Part shown: positions 23,019 through 35,440 of the stretch, piece after piece
How positions within the stretch are numbered: the stretch's first letter is position 1
How the letters are laid out: each line of letters starts with the position of its first letter
Translations under genes and position numbers: made by a program
The notes under the pieces: model-generated
Databases searched by the model: none
The model's input: the letters and a program-made list of their open reading frames with translations, nothing else
Told to the model about the DNA's origin: nothing
Assembly (NCBI RefSeq): GCF_902713615.1
Contig: NC_052153.1
Coordinates: forward strand, 96,288,301-96,352,300
Length of the DNA stretch: 64,000 nt
Reading direction: 5' to 3'
Source: Scyliorhinus canicula
Taxonomy: Eukaryota

Positions 23019-24020
23019 TTGATGGTTGGAAGTCAATCATCTCAACTCCAGGACATCACTGCAGGAGTTCCTCAGGGTAGTGCCCTAGGCCCAACCATCT
23101 TCAGCTACTTCATTGATGACCTCCCTTCCATCATAAGGCCAGAAGTGGGGATGTTCGCGGATGACTGCACAATGTTCAGCACCATTTGTGACTCCTCATG
23201 TAATGAAGCAGTCCATGTCCAAATGCAGCAGGACCTGGACAATATCCAGGCTTGGGCTGACAAGTCACAAGTTACATTTGCACCACCCAAGTGCCAGGCA
23301 ATGACCATCACTTACAAGAGAGGACCTAATCACTGCCCCTTGACATTCAATGGCATTTCCATCGCTGAATCCCCCACAATCAACATCCTGGGGGTTACCA
23401 TTGATCAGAAACGGAACTGGACTAGCTACATTAATACTGTGGCCATAAGGGCAGGTCAAAGACTAGGAATCCTATGGCGAGTAACACACCTCCTCACCCC
23501 TGACCCCCCCCCCCCCCCCCCCCCCCCCAAAGTCTGTCCACCATCTACAAGGCACAAGTCAGGAGTGTAATGGAATACAGAATACACTCCACTTGCCTGG
23601 ATGAGTGCAGCTCCAAAAACACTCAAGAAGCTCGACACACTCCAGGACAAAGCAGCCAGCTTGATTGCTCCCCCTTCCACAAACATTCAAACCCTCCACC
23701 ACCGACATACAGTAGCAGCCAGATTTACAAGATGCGCTGCAGGAATTCACCAAGGTTCCTTAGACAAGACCTTCCTTTCCATAACCACCACCATCGAGAA
23801 TGATAAGTGCAGCACATACCTGGAAACCCTCCACCTGGAGATTCCTCTCCAAGCCACTCACCACCCTGACTTGGAAATATATCGCTGTTCCTTCACTGTC
23901 GCTGAACTCCCTCCCAAATAGCACAGTTGTTGTACCTGCACCTCAAGGACTGCAGCGGTTCAAGAAGGCAACTCACCACCACCTTCTGAAGGGCAACTAG
24001 TGATGGGCAATAAATGCTCT
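23019..24020 (+). mobile_element. CR1/L2-group LINE, 3' 1 kb (family distinct from HER1-like CR1)
   Basis: ORF GVPQGSALGP..MFADDCT; 3' end CACCACCACCTTCTGAAGGGCAACTAG.GATGGGCAATAAA shared with 54175-54880. Confidence 0.85.
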
Positions 24021-24212
24021 CTAACCACATCCTATACATGAAAAAAAGCAATTTACCAATAACACATTAATTAGCAATAATATTGCCTGAGGTAGTCTTC
24101 ATTCGACTTAACACATGGTAGTAAGCAAGTATAAAAATAACGAAGATTTCAAAATTAGTTCTCTTTATTGTCTGGACAACTTTGTAACTTTTTTTTGTTA
24201 ATGTGCTTTTGG

Positions 24213-24244
<32 letters not shown>
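24213..24244. repeat. (TA)n(CA)n microsatellite
   Basis: tatatatatatatatacacacacacacacaca. Confidence 0.9.
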
Positions 24245-24439
24245 TGATATTATATTCTATTATATATTAGATTTTTGAGCCGAATTATCTGGGATCTGCC
24301 AATAGTTTGTATTTTTGTAAAGTGATGTGTATAATTTGTTTCAGAGGTCTACCGTTTTCCAGTCCCCAATACTGAATTGTACACTTTAAAACGTTTACGT
24401 GATCTTGAATGCATCGCTTACTTTGCCAAATCATTTTTA

Positions 24440-24649
24440 GGGCCGGAATGCTCCGACCTATCACTGGCAGCGGCATTCTCTGGTCCCACCAGCAGCACAG
24501 TGCCACCTGTGGGTTTCCCGGTGGTGTGGGTGGTTTCAATGGGAAATCCCATTGACAGTGGCGGGAATAGATAATGCCACCGCCAACGAACAGGGCACCC
24601 CCTCCCGTTATCGGGAAACACACGGTTGGAAGGCCGAAAACTCTAGCCC
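24440..24649. mobile_element. Harbinger-type MITE
   Basis: GGGCCGGAATGCTCC...GAAAACTCTAGCCC with internal inverted repeats. Confidence 0.65.
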
Positions 24650-24669
24650 TAGATCTCAAAAACGGTTCT

Positions 24670-25647
24670 CTGCAGACCACTTTCTCTCACTCAAACTCTC
24701 AAAACTAATTTCATTTATTCTCATCCGACTTTTCTACGAATTCTTATATATTTTATTTTGTTATCTCGGCACTACTTAAATGCACTCTTGGCTAGTCTTC
24801 CACATTCTACTTCCATAACCTTTTTAAAAATATCTTTCCAACAAAGGGGCAATTTAGCATGGCTAATCCACCTAGCCTGCACATCTTTGGGTTGTGGGGG
24901 TTAGACCCACGCAGACGTGGGTAGAATGTGCAAAGTCCACACGGACAGTGACTCGGGGCCGGGATCAAACCTCAGCACCATGAGGCAGCAGTGCTAACCA
25001 CTGCACCGCTGTGTAGCCTAAACTTCGATAACCTTGAGGTCATCTAAAGCTGTGCCTTAACTCACAGTTATTCCTGTTCCCATGTCACCCCTATGATCGC
25101 TGCTCTCTATTAGCTCCTGCTCAAGCTACCTCTTGAATTAAAAATTCTCATTCATGTTTTCAAATCTCTCCATGGCCTTGTCTGATCCTTTCTCTAATTT
25201 CCTTCAGCCCCACAAGTCTCTGAGATATTGCGTTCCCCAAACTCTGGCGGAATGTGCATTCCCTAATATAATTGCTCCACCAATGGTGGCCATGCTTTCA
25301 TGAAGAGGTGCCAAGCTCTGGAGTTTCCTGCCTACACCTCTATAACCCTCTGCCTCACTTCTCACCTTGAAGACACTCCTGAAGAACTACCTCTTTGATC
25401 AAGCTTTTGGCATCTGATCTAATATCTCCTTATGTGATTCAGTTTCATGCTTTGATTCATCAAGCTGAATTTATGGCTCTTTCATAGGGGGCACTGGGCT
25501 GGAAAATGCAGGGAGCCATTTGAAAGCCCATTGACTTCCACGGGAGCAGAAAATCTCACCGGCGGAAAATTCCACCCAAAATGTCTCTGTGAAGCATCTA
25601 GGGAGGGTTCATTACTTTAAAGGTGCTATATAAATACAAATTGTTGT
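24670..25647 (+). mobile_element. L2 LINE 3' fragment with a nested SINE and a MITE (25465-25578)
   Basis: KILIHVFKSLHGL, LLKNYLFDQAF and 3' end TGTGAAGC..AAAGGTGCTATATAAATACAAATTGTTG. Confidence 0.7.
24823..25021 (-). mobile_element. HE1-like V-SINE
   Basis: Reverse complement of the 16347 family; 14-bp TSD ACTTC(C/G)ATAACCTT. Confidence 0.85.
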
Positions 25648-26719
25648 AACTTTGAAAATAATTCCATTCAAGTCTTTAGTTTAGTTTTGGCTTTTGTTCA
25701 CCAACTTCAGTCTTTGTCTTGTTATATTTCTCATCGGTAATACTAGCTTTCACATTCTTTTAAGTTACCTTAACAGTTTTTTCCCCAAGTTCCACTTCTC
25801 ACTTAATCCCCCCTGGAGCTCTTCTCACAACCCATAGTTTGTTCTTCTAATATATTGCACCTGTTGATTTTGGCTGTCGACTTTATTACAATATCAAATT
25901 TATGTTTTTCATACTGCTGATAATGTGAAACAAACTTGGTTCCAATAAAGAAACAAACAAGTATTGTTGAATATTCCTCTGTTTATGAAGTACTGTTTTG
26001 CTAATGACAAAAAGTATGTGCACCCAGTTTGTATTCAGTTACATTACATTCTGTGAATGTCACATTGACCCAGTGGCAGCAGCAATACCTGTTTCTAGCT
26101 GGTCACTCTGAGCGAATGAGAAGGATCATAGGATTATGATGGTAAATAATAGGAAATTTCAATTGGAACTGTACATTTTGAGTCAGTATATATTTCATTG
26201 TGATTATTAGATGTCAGTCAAGTTGCAAGAGTTGACTTTCTTTAATTGGAGTGCGCTGTTAGACCTACTAGATAAGAGTGTAAGATGGAGTTATTCACAA
26301 ATGCTAGTATAGCATAAAGCATTGAAGTGAGATGCAGCTTTAAACTTCCGGCAATGACATTTTATCTTGATGAATATTGTATGATTCTGTTTGTTCTTTT
26401 GGTAGTGTAGAAGACAAATACATGATGTTTTGGATCCACTAGTAAATTTGATACATAGAAAAGCAGATTATTTCTTATAATTAGGGTTGAATTAACTGCA
26501 TCATTTCAAATTAAAGCAGCCAAAGGCACTGAAAGCTGAAAAACAGGGCCAGTTTAGCCTGCTTTTAATGCATGTTGCACTCCATTTGAGTTGTGTTCTC
26601 TTTCAGATCATACCTAACTTACACTAAAGGTTGGCATTGACTTTTCTGATTCAAATAAAAATCATTCCAAAAGACATTCCAAAATAAAAGTCATTTCTTG
26701 GGCAGAATCTGACTATATT

Positions 26720-27967
26720 TTTTCAAAGTGTTGGCTCCCTGACTGACCCGACACCAAAACTGCATCCTGAGCAGTCTAATTGCCTGTTCAACTAGCGCAA
26801 GCGTTGATGCATGAGCTTTATTGGACCAATTCTCAGCTGGTGTTCGGGGCCTCAGCACTGGCGACATCAGCCATGTCTTGAGTGGATATCCGTTACCCCC
26901 TGTGGTGATATGCCTCTGAATAGTTTTGTACATAGTTAGTAGTGTGACCTCCAACCAACTGGTGGTGTTAGACATTGGTCAGTGATGTGAGATACCCGCT
27001 ACTTAATAATAAGGCGTGCAATAGGACAGTTGATCATAGGGTACCTCCAGAAGAGTTCACAGAATTCATTAAGTAACTTTGTCTGTATAGTAATCTGTTT
27101 GTTATCTTTCCATGTGTTCATCAATAAATCATCGTTCTAGTTAAACAACTATATGCTCTCTTAATATCATTGCAACAGCAAGATCACAGAACACAACATC
27201 CCTGACGAGCCATCCCTCCAACCACTGATCTCCCCCAAAAACGGCTAGAATCTCTAAGCATTGCAAGATGTTACTATCATGGAGTCTCCCCGGGAAATGG
27301 GCACATACCTGCATGCTGCCCATTGCGTGGACATGGATGATCTGGACATTGAGCGAGTGGTATCCCTTGTGGTTCACAAACAGTGCCTCATGCCGCCATG
27401 GGGAGTGCAGAGCCACATCGGTGCAGTCAATGACACCCTCCACCTGGGCATGCACGCTATGTTGGCAAAGCCCATGGCCCTGGTGTCCTGGCTTGCCTGG
27501 TTCTCGTCCAAGTTGATGTACAAATAGCCCTTACAAATAGCGCATCTGTGACTTCCCTTATGCATTTGTGAGGTGCTGACTCGGAAGTACTGCACAAGTC
27601 ACCCTGCAGCCCTGAAACAAGCCGCTGGCATAGAGGTTCAGAGCAGCAGGAACTTTAAGGACCACAGACAACGGGAGACCTCCCAGTCCATGTGGTACCA
27701 ACTCTTGCATCACCCAGAACAAGAGGTCCACCATCCCCGGGACAGACGTGGTCTTCTCTAACACTGGACCTCTGAAATCTGGAGGTAGGAAGTTCTATGC
27801 TGGAATACCCATGACCGGTCTCCTCTGAGGATCTGCAATCTGTGGCTCTACTCCTGGAAGATCAATGGGTCCTGCCTCTCCCTCCTCTGCAGGGCGCTTT
27901 TCCTAGCCGCATGCAGTGGCTCAATGGTGTGGGCAATCAGAAGAATTGCCAACTTAACTGGCTCCAT
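26720..27967 (-). pseudogene. Harbinger transposase pseudogene including the DDE core, split by a solo LTR
   Basis: MEPVKLAILL.., KVPAALNLYASGLFQG, VEGVIDCTDVAL, FVNHKGYHSLNVQ, FPGRLHDS, WLV[LTR]GGNGYPLKTWLMSP, HASTLALVEQAIRLLRMQF. Confidence 0.9.
26901..27198 (+). mobile_element. Solo LTR (298 bp)
   Basis: TGTGGTGATATG...AATAAA...ACACAACA; 5-bp TSD CCCCC/TCCCT. Confidence 0.85.
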
Positions 27968-28414
27968 AATTCTCTTGAATCAAAAACTGAAAGGAAGTGA
28001 ACATCAAATCTCACAAGGAGGATTCCTGACAATGCCCTGACCCACAGCCCTCTCGAGATATGAGACATCACTCCCTCCCTGTCGCACACTCTCCACATCT
28101 TCACTCTACCTCTTCACCACAGTTGCCGCTCTCAACTCTACCTGAATGAAGCGCTTCGACTCTGGGAGCCTCGTACATCTGTGCGCACTCTCCAAGGGTG
28201 AGGAGTGAGGGCAGTTAAGTGCATTCAATAGACCTGGGTTCTAACCTCACCGGGGAACAAGACACTGCCCCCATCATCCCTTGATAGGGTGATTGATGTG
28301 GGACTTCATCATAATGTCTTGGATTGGGGGCCACATCTGTGTCATCTCATTGATATGTAGAAGTGAGTGCGAGCCTTGGAGTTCAATGCTTGGGGCTACA
28401 TTTCCAACGACTTT

Positions 28415-29290
28415 GTGGAAAAACAATTAAACTAAATCAAATGAACTGAAGAATAAAGTAAAAGTGGCAGCTCTTAAAGGGATGCTGCCTTAAACAGAAA
28501 CAAATCACAAATAACTCAAAACATTCAACAAAAATGCGATTGAAGGGGTCAAGTGAGGCAGCTCAGTCCCTGTGGTGTCCAATGAGCATGAAAGACCTTA
28601 ATGGTGCCAGTGGATACCGCATAATGTCTCTTCAGAGATACCCACCCCGAATGTAGCCATGGTAGAGGGACAGGTAGTCGGGTCAGAGGACCCCCTCTGT
28701 CGCCCGCTGCCTCAACCTGTTGATGGCAAGTTTAATCAAGCCCAGGAGCAGTTTTATGAGATCCGCTTCCTTTACTGTCCCTCTCTGTGCTGTGTGCCGG
28801 TAGATCAGGAGCATAGGGCTGAAGTACAAGCAAAACTGCAACAAAGGGTTTTTTAAATAACTGAAAGGGAGTGCAGTACAAACTATATAAACATGGGCCA
28901 CAGATTCCACAAGCCATATAAAAGACAGGCACCTTGGGAATCATTGCACCAATGCAGCATATGGTTGCCTAGGACTGCTACACCTTGGGAATCATATAAC
29001 CAATGCAGCATATGGTTGCCTGGGACTGCTACATGCAGCACCCTTCAACTGAGGTCCCCAATGTTAAGGGGGAGGCCTCCTCCATAGAGCGATCGCCACT
29101 GGGGCCTCTGTCGCCGGACGGCAACAAAGCATGTCAGGGTGATGGGCGCGGGCAAGGAAGTGACGTGTGTGCAGCAGCAGCCCATACAGGAAACACTTCT
29201 GTGCAGTCCGAAATGGTTCTCTGTGATGGGGCTGGGGCACCTTATTTGAAATGGTCCTGCAACACGATGGCAAAGTACTTGGAACTGAGC
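28415..29290 (-). mobile_element. Tx1-clade LINE 3' fragment
   Basis: GLPLNIGDLS*RVLHVAVP and ESVAHVYIVC..LLQFCLYFSPMLLIY..LLLGLIKLAINRLRQRA, matching the Tx1 ORF2 C-terminus. Confidence 0.75.
28930..29031. repeat. 51-bp tandem duplication
   Basis: CACCTTGGGAATCAT....CCAATGCAGCATATGGTTGCCT.GGACTGCTA occurs twice. Confidence 0.9.
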
Positions 29291-29973
29291 ACAACAGGCA
29301 AAGGGTTAAAAACTAGGTGCCAATCAGTGGCACCCATGTTGTCGTTTTCACTGATGGCTAAGGTGGGCTTAAAATCGCCCACGTCGTGTTTCTTTCTTCA
29401 AAGGTGACATTTTTAATGCTGGAGTACTGTTATTTTTTTCTGTTCCATCGGTACAAGAATCATGCAGGGATGATAAATCAGAATGTCAAAGTGTGTCCAG
29501 GAGGTAGCCATTCAGCCTATTGCACACCTAACACTCTTTGTTAGAGCAAACCCATTAGTTACACTCCGCTGCTCCATCCTCATAACTCTTTGAATTTGAG
29601 GGGGCTATGGTGATGGGTGGAGGACCAAACATTGTCATGGAAGGTATGGGATGCCATAAGTGTTGGATGGGTGATATGAGTTGCCATTGAGACTATGAGA
29701 GGACACGATCTTCTGGTCCTGCCACTGTCAAAAGGGGTTTCCCATTGTTTGCTCTCCCCGCTGCTGGGGAACCCGCGATGGGGGAGCGCAGTCTGCAGGA
29801 CTGGATGACCCCGCCAGCGGGAACGGCCAAAATAATCTGACCACAGTGAGTACTGATGTGGACTGCTATAAATTAAGAAATTAACACATTTCTTAGGCTT
29901 ATAATTGACAAATGAATTTCATGGTAGATAAGAGCAAGGTAAGAATGGGTTTACATTTTGGAAGGAAAATAAG

Positions 29974-31247
29974 GGGCTGGATTCTCTGTTTGCAAGACTA
30001 ATATTCCTGCCGGAACTGAATAGCATGCAATGCGCGTTTCCGTTGGGGGCGCTATTTGTTCCACAATTTAAGACATGCAAATGGACCAGCACTCTGCCAG
30101 TGAGAATTGGAAGCAAATCGCAGCCCAACAGACAATGTAACCACTGTGGCTGGAATTATTGCCGAAGAGCCTGACAGCTCGAGCTGTTTTAAGCACTCCA
30201 CTCACCACACACTCCTGAAGCCATGAAAATGGCTCACAAAAGGCCCATCTCCTGCTCCTCTCCCAAATTTCAGGAGTCCAAGGTGGACCCACTGCTCAAT
30301 GCTAAAGAGGAGAGGAGGGACACCCTCTTCCTCAGGGTGGGTCACAGACTCAAGCCCGCACTCCTGAACAGCGCCTGGGAGGTGGTGACAGAGGCAGTCA
30401 GTGCTGCCAGCCTCTTCAAGAGGAGACAGCTCATGATCTTGAAGGCTGGGATCACTGGTGAGGCCTCTGCCCTGAGAGGGTCAGATAACCATGGAGAGTT
30501 CCAAAGGCCACAGTGCAAGTGTCCTCTGGTTGGGGTGAGCTCTGCTAATCACTTGCTTCCTCAACAGTGGTGCAGCACTTTGGGGAGTGCCAACACCTGG
30601 TGGGCCACACCCATCCCCTTGCTGATAGGCTGGGGTATGACAGTTTCCAGGGGGGCAGCCTCGGTGGTCGCCCAAATCAAATGAACGTTTACAGGACAGA
30701 CTGAGCAGTCAGCAGTGTGAACAGCCAGGAGCCTGTAAGTAGCAGCAAATGGGGTGCATTTAAATCCACGTATTGCAGCGATGGCAGCCACTCCAATTCC
30801 GAGTGGACACCCGAGTCCACAGACTTGGCACCAAGTCATTTCCCGCTACTCCCTCTGGCAATCACTCTCCAGGGGGCCTGACAACATTTGAGAGTTTTTC
30901 ACAGTTTTATTAGCCTCCCACTCCCCCTTAAAACCGTGGCACCAATGCCATGCTTGTAAATACTTGCACCAATTCACGCCCGCGAGACTTTGCCTAAGAG
31001 GAGTGGAACGTCACAGAAGGATTAGGCATGAAGTGTCCAAACCGATAAAGATATCTAAATCCGTGCAAATGACATTTTGCATGGACCCGATGGTGCGGGG
31101 CGCAAACTTCGATATTTCCACCAGCGTGGGATCAGAACATGGCGAATGAATCAGCGGCAGATGTAAATCGCGATTTTCCCCTCCTGTGCTATTCTCTGCC
31201 CAATTGGCATTCTCGCTATTGGCGGCAGGAAGTGGAGAATTCAAGCC
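29974..31247 (+). mobile_element. Non-autonomous Harbinger retaining a Myb/SANT ORF fragment
   Basis: Ends GGGCTGGATTCTC / GGAGAATTCAAGCC, flanks AAG/ATG. Confidence 0.75.
30229..30430 (+). pseudogene. Harbinger Myb/SANT-like (NAIF1-type trihelix) DNA-binding protein, exon 1 remnant
   Basis: PKFQESKVDPLLNAKEERRDTLF..LNSAWEVVTEAVSAASLFKR. Confidence 0.8.
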
Positions 31248-31264
31248 ATGGTCACATAATACCT

Positions 31265-31545
31265 GGAAAATACAAATTCAAATGGGCAAGAAGCAAAGGA
31301 ATCTAAAAGTAATGACATAATAAAGCCAGAAAAAGTCATGCCAAGCATTAAGGTTTATTTCTAGACGGACAGAGTTTAAAATTGGAAAAATGTGGTAAAT
31401 GTATATCAAACCTCGGTTCCGATACACTTGGATTACTGTATTCAGTTCTGCTCTCGATATTATAAAAGGATGCCGAGGCACTGGAGAGGATGCAAAAAAG
31501 ATTTATAAGGATGATAAAGCAGAACTATGAGGTCTTACCTAGGCC
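31265..31545 (+). mobile_element. CR1 3' fragment
   Basis: VRYTWITVFSSA..AEALERMQKRFIRMI-like remnant, homologous to the CR1 region near 53600-53700. Confidence 0.7.
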
Positions 31546-31999
31546 TAAGGCTGGATGTCTTTTCTCTTTCTCCCCCTTCATCCGGTCACATACAGGATTT
31601 TCCAGATGATGGAGTTTTCCTTGGCTGGAGGCAAGACTTTTGCCCTTCCCTCAAGGGGAAATCCCTACTCCCATGTCCCTGAACCCCTCCTGCAAACCTG
31701 GAAATTGAGGGTGGGCAGGAAACAGCTCTTAAGTGGTCATTAATTAGTCACTTGTGGGCCTCAACTGGAGTAAGTTTGGGGGGTGCCTCAGCCATTCCAC
31801 TGTATTGCAGAGAGGTTGAGGTTGAGGTGGGCAGTGGGAACTTAAATTACAATGGCTGAAACAATGCAGTTCAGCAAGCACAGGTAACCCACATTATTAT
31901 TGACTGAAGTCTTGACTGTCTATTCTGCATTGAAACTACTGATCCAAAGCACTATTAATGGTTAGAACCTGAACATGGATGATGCACAGACATCACTCA

Positions 32000-34300
32000 G
32001 GCCCTAATTTCTTTGTAAATTGGAGAGGAAAGGCCTAATGCATTTCAAGACCCTGCACAACATTGCTGAGTGGGTAGCATCCCTTACAGCTTGTACTTTA
32101 AGAGGGACCTGCAACAAAGTTGATCTAGGTTTTACTTACCAAAAACCACCTCTTGTTTGTTTTACCTTCAAAGTGTGATCAATATATTTAGCAATTTCTT
32201 CAGGAGGCTTTTGTGGGGTCTATATATAAATCAGGCACTGCTTTGGAAACAATGAACAATCGGTAGGACCCAATAGTCTACCTCACGACCTCAGCATTCT
32301 TCCAGTATATTGTGCACTGCGCACCATTGTCACATGGTGAAGTCAACTATGAGCTCACAGCGTGGCTAACATAACCATACGTCAACCCTAGCACTATTAG
32401 CTCCTCTGTTGTCTATTGCTCTGAATCTGACCTCGAACAATGACATTTATTTTCAACAAGTGTGAAACAATGTGGCAGTGGATAATGAAGAATACTTAAT
32501 GAGTCAGGATGTGGTGGGTGAAGCCTTCCATTTGATTTGGATCCAGCACTAGCTGATGGGATGAAAATCTTCTGCTGGCATGAAGTACATTTGGACAGTC
32601 TCAGTTCAATTCTTAATAGACATAGGTCCACAGCGCCAATCTTCCTAAACATTTGACACAGAATTTATAACTGCATTCAACTGGATGCCTGGGATAGGAA
32701 CTGTTACAGTAGGTGGGCGCTCTTCTGATGTTGGAGTTGAAACATATCATAAAGATGGAGTTGCTTTAGGGGGTCTTGTGACTCAGTAGTCTGTGATTGT
32801 TTGTCTTGGAAGATGCTGGATGTCTTACTCTTAACAAGACATATGGCTGGAGGCAAAACTCCTTTTTTTAAAGAAACCCTTATTTACATATTTAACTACA
32901 TACAGGAGTGCAAAGCTCTGGGACCGAGCCACTGATTGTCTCTTAGATTCTTTGTGATATCATTACTCCTTATGTACATGATCAGCAGCTATTGTGAGAG
33001 GAGTGTCAGAGTTAACCCTTTACTCTACCACTTATCGCTCCTGATAAATGGCTTGAGGAGGGCTACACTGGATGAACACAATCAAGGAAGAAAGAGCTTT
33101 ACTTTGCATAGAACTATTGTTATATTTCACACCCAAATTATTGATGCTGCCATTAATTTTAACTCTAAACCACACAGAAAAATGCAGAAGATGCTGAAGG
33201 TAACAAGTTTATTTGCCCAAAGATATTGAGTGCTTCTTTGCATATCTTTATCAGATTCCAGTGATGCTATCAGAATCCCAGCCCATTTTGAACTCAGGCC
33301 TGACTGCAGATGTCCTACTTGGTCAATAATAGGGGAATCTTCCCCAGAAGAAGTCAAGAAAGTTAAAGATTTTTCTTTCCTTTGTGGGCTCAGTGAATGT
33401 GACTGTGCAGGACCTCCTGCACAATTTTCTGCTGATGGGCAAGTGGCATGTAAATGAGGCACATTAATTAAAATAGACGAGGCCTGGTGTCTGCAGCAGC
33501 AAGTGATGCTCCATCTCACCTCCTCACAACACATCTAAAATCTGTGAAGACATCAAATTAAACCTGAGTGTCTGAAGTTTAAAAAAAAAAGTATTTCCAA
33601 GAACGAGCATATCTAAATGTTAGTGGAGGCATTAAGCAGTTTAAATGACATTTCCACAAAAAAGACTGAGAAAGTAGCTTCAGACAAGCAGATTAGTGTT
33701 CATGCACTGCCCTCAATGCTTGGATTGGACAAAGCAGTCATTTTTTGTAACCTCAACAGTACATATTCCAGGACAAAAATAAAATTCTAAAATATGCCAA
33801 TTTGCACATCAGAGTATATCATACAGGCACCATAGACAATTCATGTGAACATGGAGGTAAGATGATGATGAATCACAGTCCTGGATAATCAAAACCACCA
33901 CTGAAGTGAAATCTGACATTTGCAATGAGAGGAGCTTTGCCAAGCAGGTAGTGATATGCCAGTCACCTCACACTACAGAATATGGGACAGAGTCCAGCAG
34001 CAGATACTGCAGCACTTTGTAGTCAGATAAAAAAGCCACCTGTCATTCGCCCAAAATAATAACACAGCTGAAGCTCATTCAGTTAATGTAAGGAAAGGAG
34101 GCAGCAATACTGGCAAGGTAATGAGGAACTGTCACCTGAATGAACAACAAACATGTTGTGCAAGAGCCTGAGATACAGGGACAAGTAAATTGAACATAGT
34201 TGTCTAACATTATAAGTTAGTGTTGGAGTCCAGTTAGTCACAGCAGGAGCTCCTGAGATGACCAACAAAGAGTTAAAATGAATATTACTGACGCAAGCTA
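32000..34300 (-). mobile_element. Very decayed Gypsy gag-pol relic
   Basis: Weak similarities only: HLHATCP..NC (zinc knuckle), MGWDSDSITGI (protease-like), LRLSKCTSCQQKI (RT-like). Confidence 0.35.
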
Positions 34301-34398
34301 ACCTGTGATAGTGGCTGAGGTCACAGAATTGGGGGGACTACTGCTAAGCACGTTAGGCTATCTGAAGGTAAAATGGGCCTATTTAACCAAAATTTAAT

Positions 34399-34937
34399 GG
34401 GCAGGATTTTACGATCCTGAGGCTAAGTGTTGACTCCCTACAGGGGGCTAGCATGGCACTGGAGCTCCAGTTGCTGATCCCAGAGTCAACTGGCCACCGC
34501 GGGTTCTGCGTGTGCACAGTGGCACTGGTGCCAACATACATGCGCAGTGGCACTGGCGCCAACGCCTGCATGTGCAGTGGCTCCCTTCTCCGCGCCAGCC
34601 CCGATGCAACATGGCGTAGGGCTACAGGGACTGGCGCGGAAGAAAGGAGGACCCCAGCCCAAGAGGTTGGCCCGCCGATTGGTGGACCCCGATCATGGGC
34701 CAGGCCACAGCGGAGACCTCCCCCGTATTCGATCCCCCCCCTCCCCCCCCCCCACCCCCCACAGGCCGCCCCCAGACCCTTCCACACTGAGGTCCCGCCG
34801 GCTGAGAGCAGATTAGAACGGCGTCAGTGGGACTCGGACTTTCTGTTACGGCCGCTCTGCGGAGAATCGTGTCCCGGCATTGGGGCGGCGGTCTAGGCGA
34901 TTCTCCGGCCCGGCCCCGGGCTGACAGAATCCTGCAC
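34399..34937. mobile_element. Harbinger-type MITE
   Basis: TIRs GGGCAGGATTTT / AGAATCCTGCAC, exact TSD AAT. Confidence 0.8.
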
Positions 34938-35440
34938 AATGTAATTGAAAAGTACCATGAAATTGAATCTTGATGCTACTCAAATTCATATTACTGTATT
35001 GCATTAAAAAGTAATTTACCCATATTACCGAGCATGAATAATAACTGAAGGCTGCTTTTTTACTTGTCTAATGCAACTAGAAATTTTGCAATAAATTTCA
35101 GATTAAGACTTGGTCCTTGACTATAATACTAGGCAGATGTGCAAAAGGTGTATTAACCTTCAGGAAGTCAGTAAGCAATAGTGCACAGTAATAAGGTTTG
35201 GAGGACGCATGCCGAGTAGATGGTAGAAGTGATCTCCGTGGCTATTTCACGTGGATCTCATTTTTGAGAAGCAGGCTAGTCCAGAGTCATGAGGCTTAAG
35301 CTTCTCTTGTGGGACGTCGAGGATCACAAAGAGCCCTCAAGGTAAGCTAAATCTCCAGCTTTGAAACTCACTGCTCCTGCCAGCAAAGAATTGGGACTGC
35401 ATCTCGCTGGTAGTAGGAGAGTTGCCGAAGTGGGATTATT

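Larger units (their letters stand above)
26720..29380 (-). mobile_element. Harbinger element, left end lost, containing a solo LTR and a Tx1 fragment
   Basis: Transposase remnant plus TIR-like end TTAAAATCGCCC at 29369-29380. Confidence 0.6.

Noticed and set aside
33230-33457. Possible terminal exon or ORF DSSDAIRIP..ACK
   Set aside because: Better explained as the antisense of a decayed Gypsy gag/protease region
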